This document shows, piece by piece, positions 13,994 to 14,064 of a DNA stretch of 14,064 nt (positions are counted from its first letter, which is position 1; each line of letters opens with the position of its first letter). Made by a program: the position numbers and the translations under genes. Origin of the DNA: an uncultured Nitrospirales bacterium (GTDB lineage Bacteria; Hydrogenedentota; Hydrogenedentia; Hydrogenedentales; GCA-2746185); NCBI GenBank assembly GCA_964449475.1, contig CAYUZD010000025.1:3672-17735 (forward strand), in the 5' to 3' direction. The notes below the pieces were generated by a model that was not told where the DNA came from, did not search any database, and worked only from the letters and a program-made list of their open reading frames with translations.

Positions 13994-14064
13994 ATCGAGT
14001 CCCTTCGCAAGATCAAGGACGATAACCGCGTTCGCCGGGTGACCATCGAAGGCGTCGACCCGGA
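13994..14064 (+). CDS. 5' end of a further CDS with a strong SD but no canonical start codon (candidate ATC start); continues beyond the window
   Basis: The frame is open from 13967 to the window end and encodes (A)IESLRKIKDDNRVRRVTIEGVDP with host-typical GC3 codons. GGAAGGAG lies at 13977-13984, 9 nt before ATC at 13994. There is no in-frame ATG/GTG/TTG before the GTG at 14039. Confidence 0.3.
   Translation, partial: MESLRKIKDDNRVRRVTIEGVDP

Noticed and set aside
1-14064. CRISPR arrays, rRNA genes, IS elements, prophage genes
   Set aside because: Inspection found no regularly spaced repeat-spacer structure, no rRNA-like conserved segments, no transposase or integrase motifs and no terminal inverted repeats. 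The only repeats are the short hairpin family and the codon-level repeats inside ppiD and floT.

Overview
This is a high-GC (about 68%) bacterial chromosomal segment of 14,064 nt, with 12 complete protein-coding genes, two partial CDSs at the window edges, and one tRNA gene. Coding density is high. There is no CRISPR array, transposase, integrase or rRNA gene. From left to right: the 3' end of a HEAT-like repeat protein (+); a TIGR02757/DUF2400-family conserved hypothetical (+), which converges on ispE (CMP-ME kinase, -); upstream of ispE on the same strand, a secreted GH36-like glycoside-hydrolase-like protein with a signal peptide (-); an AT-rich divergent promoter gap; then, on the + strand, a tandem and translationally overlapping pair of paralogous dynamin-like/mitofusin-like P-loop GTPases, the second carrying a C-terminal transmembrane hairpin. 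PpiD-like membrane-anchored parvulin chaperone (-) converges on the end of the GTPase pair. tRNA-Ala(GGC) (+) follows with a near-consensus sigma70 promoter, then the nfeD-flotillin operon (-), a small tandem-CBS protein (-), an Old Yellow Enzyme family flavin oxidoreductase (+), and the start of a further gene with a strong SD but no canonical start codon. The most notable item is the GTPase pair. Both paralogs have the canonical G3 DxxG replaced by DTPD and the G4 NKxD replaced by NKAN/TKAS. Because both copies conserve these changes, they look like a distinct, selected, possibly non-GTP-specific dynamin-like two-component membrane system rather than decay. Second, two related 11-bp-stem palindromic hairpins sit between the two convergent gene pairs that have an intergenic gap. 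They are about 80% identical and show a compensatory base-pair change, which points to a small REP-like structured repeat used as a bidirectional terminator. All long ORFs antisense to these genes are treated as high-GC artefacts.
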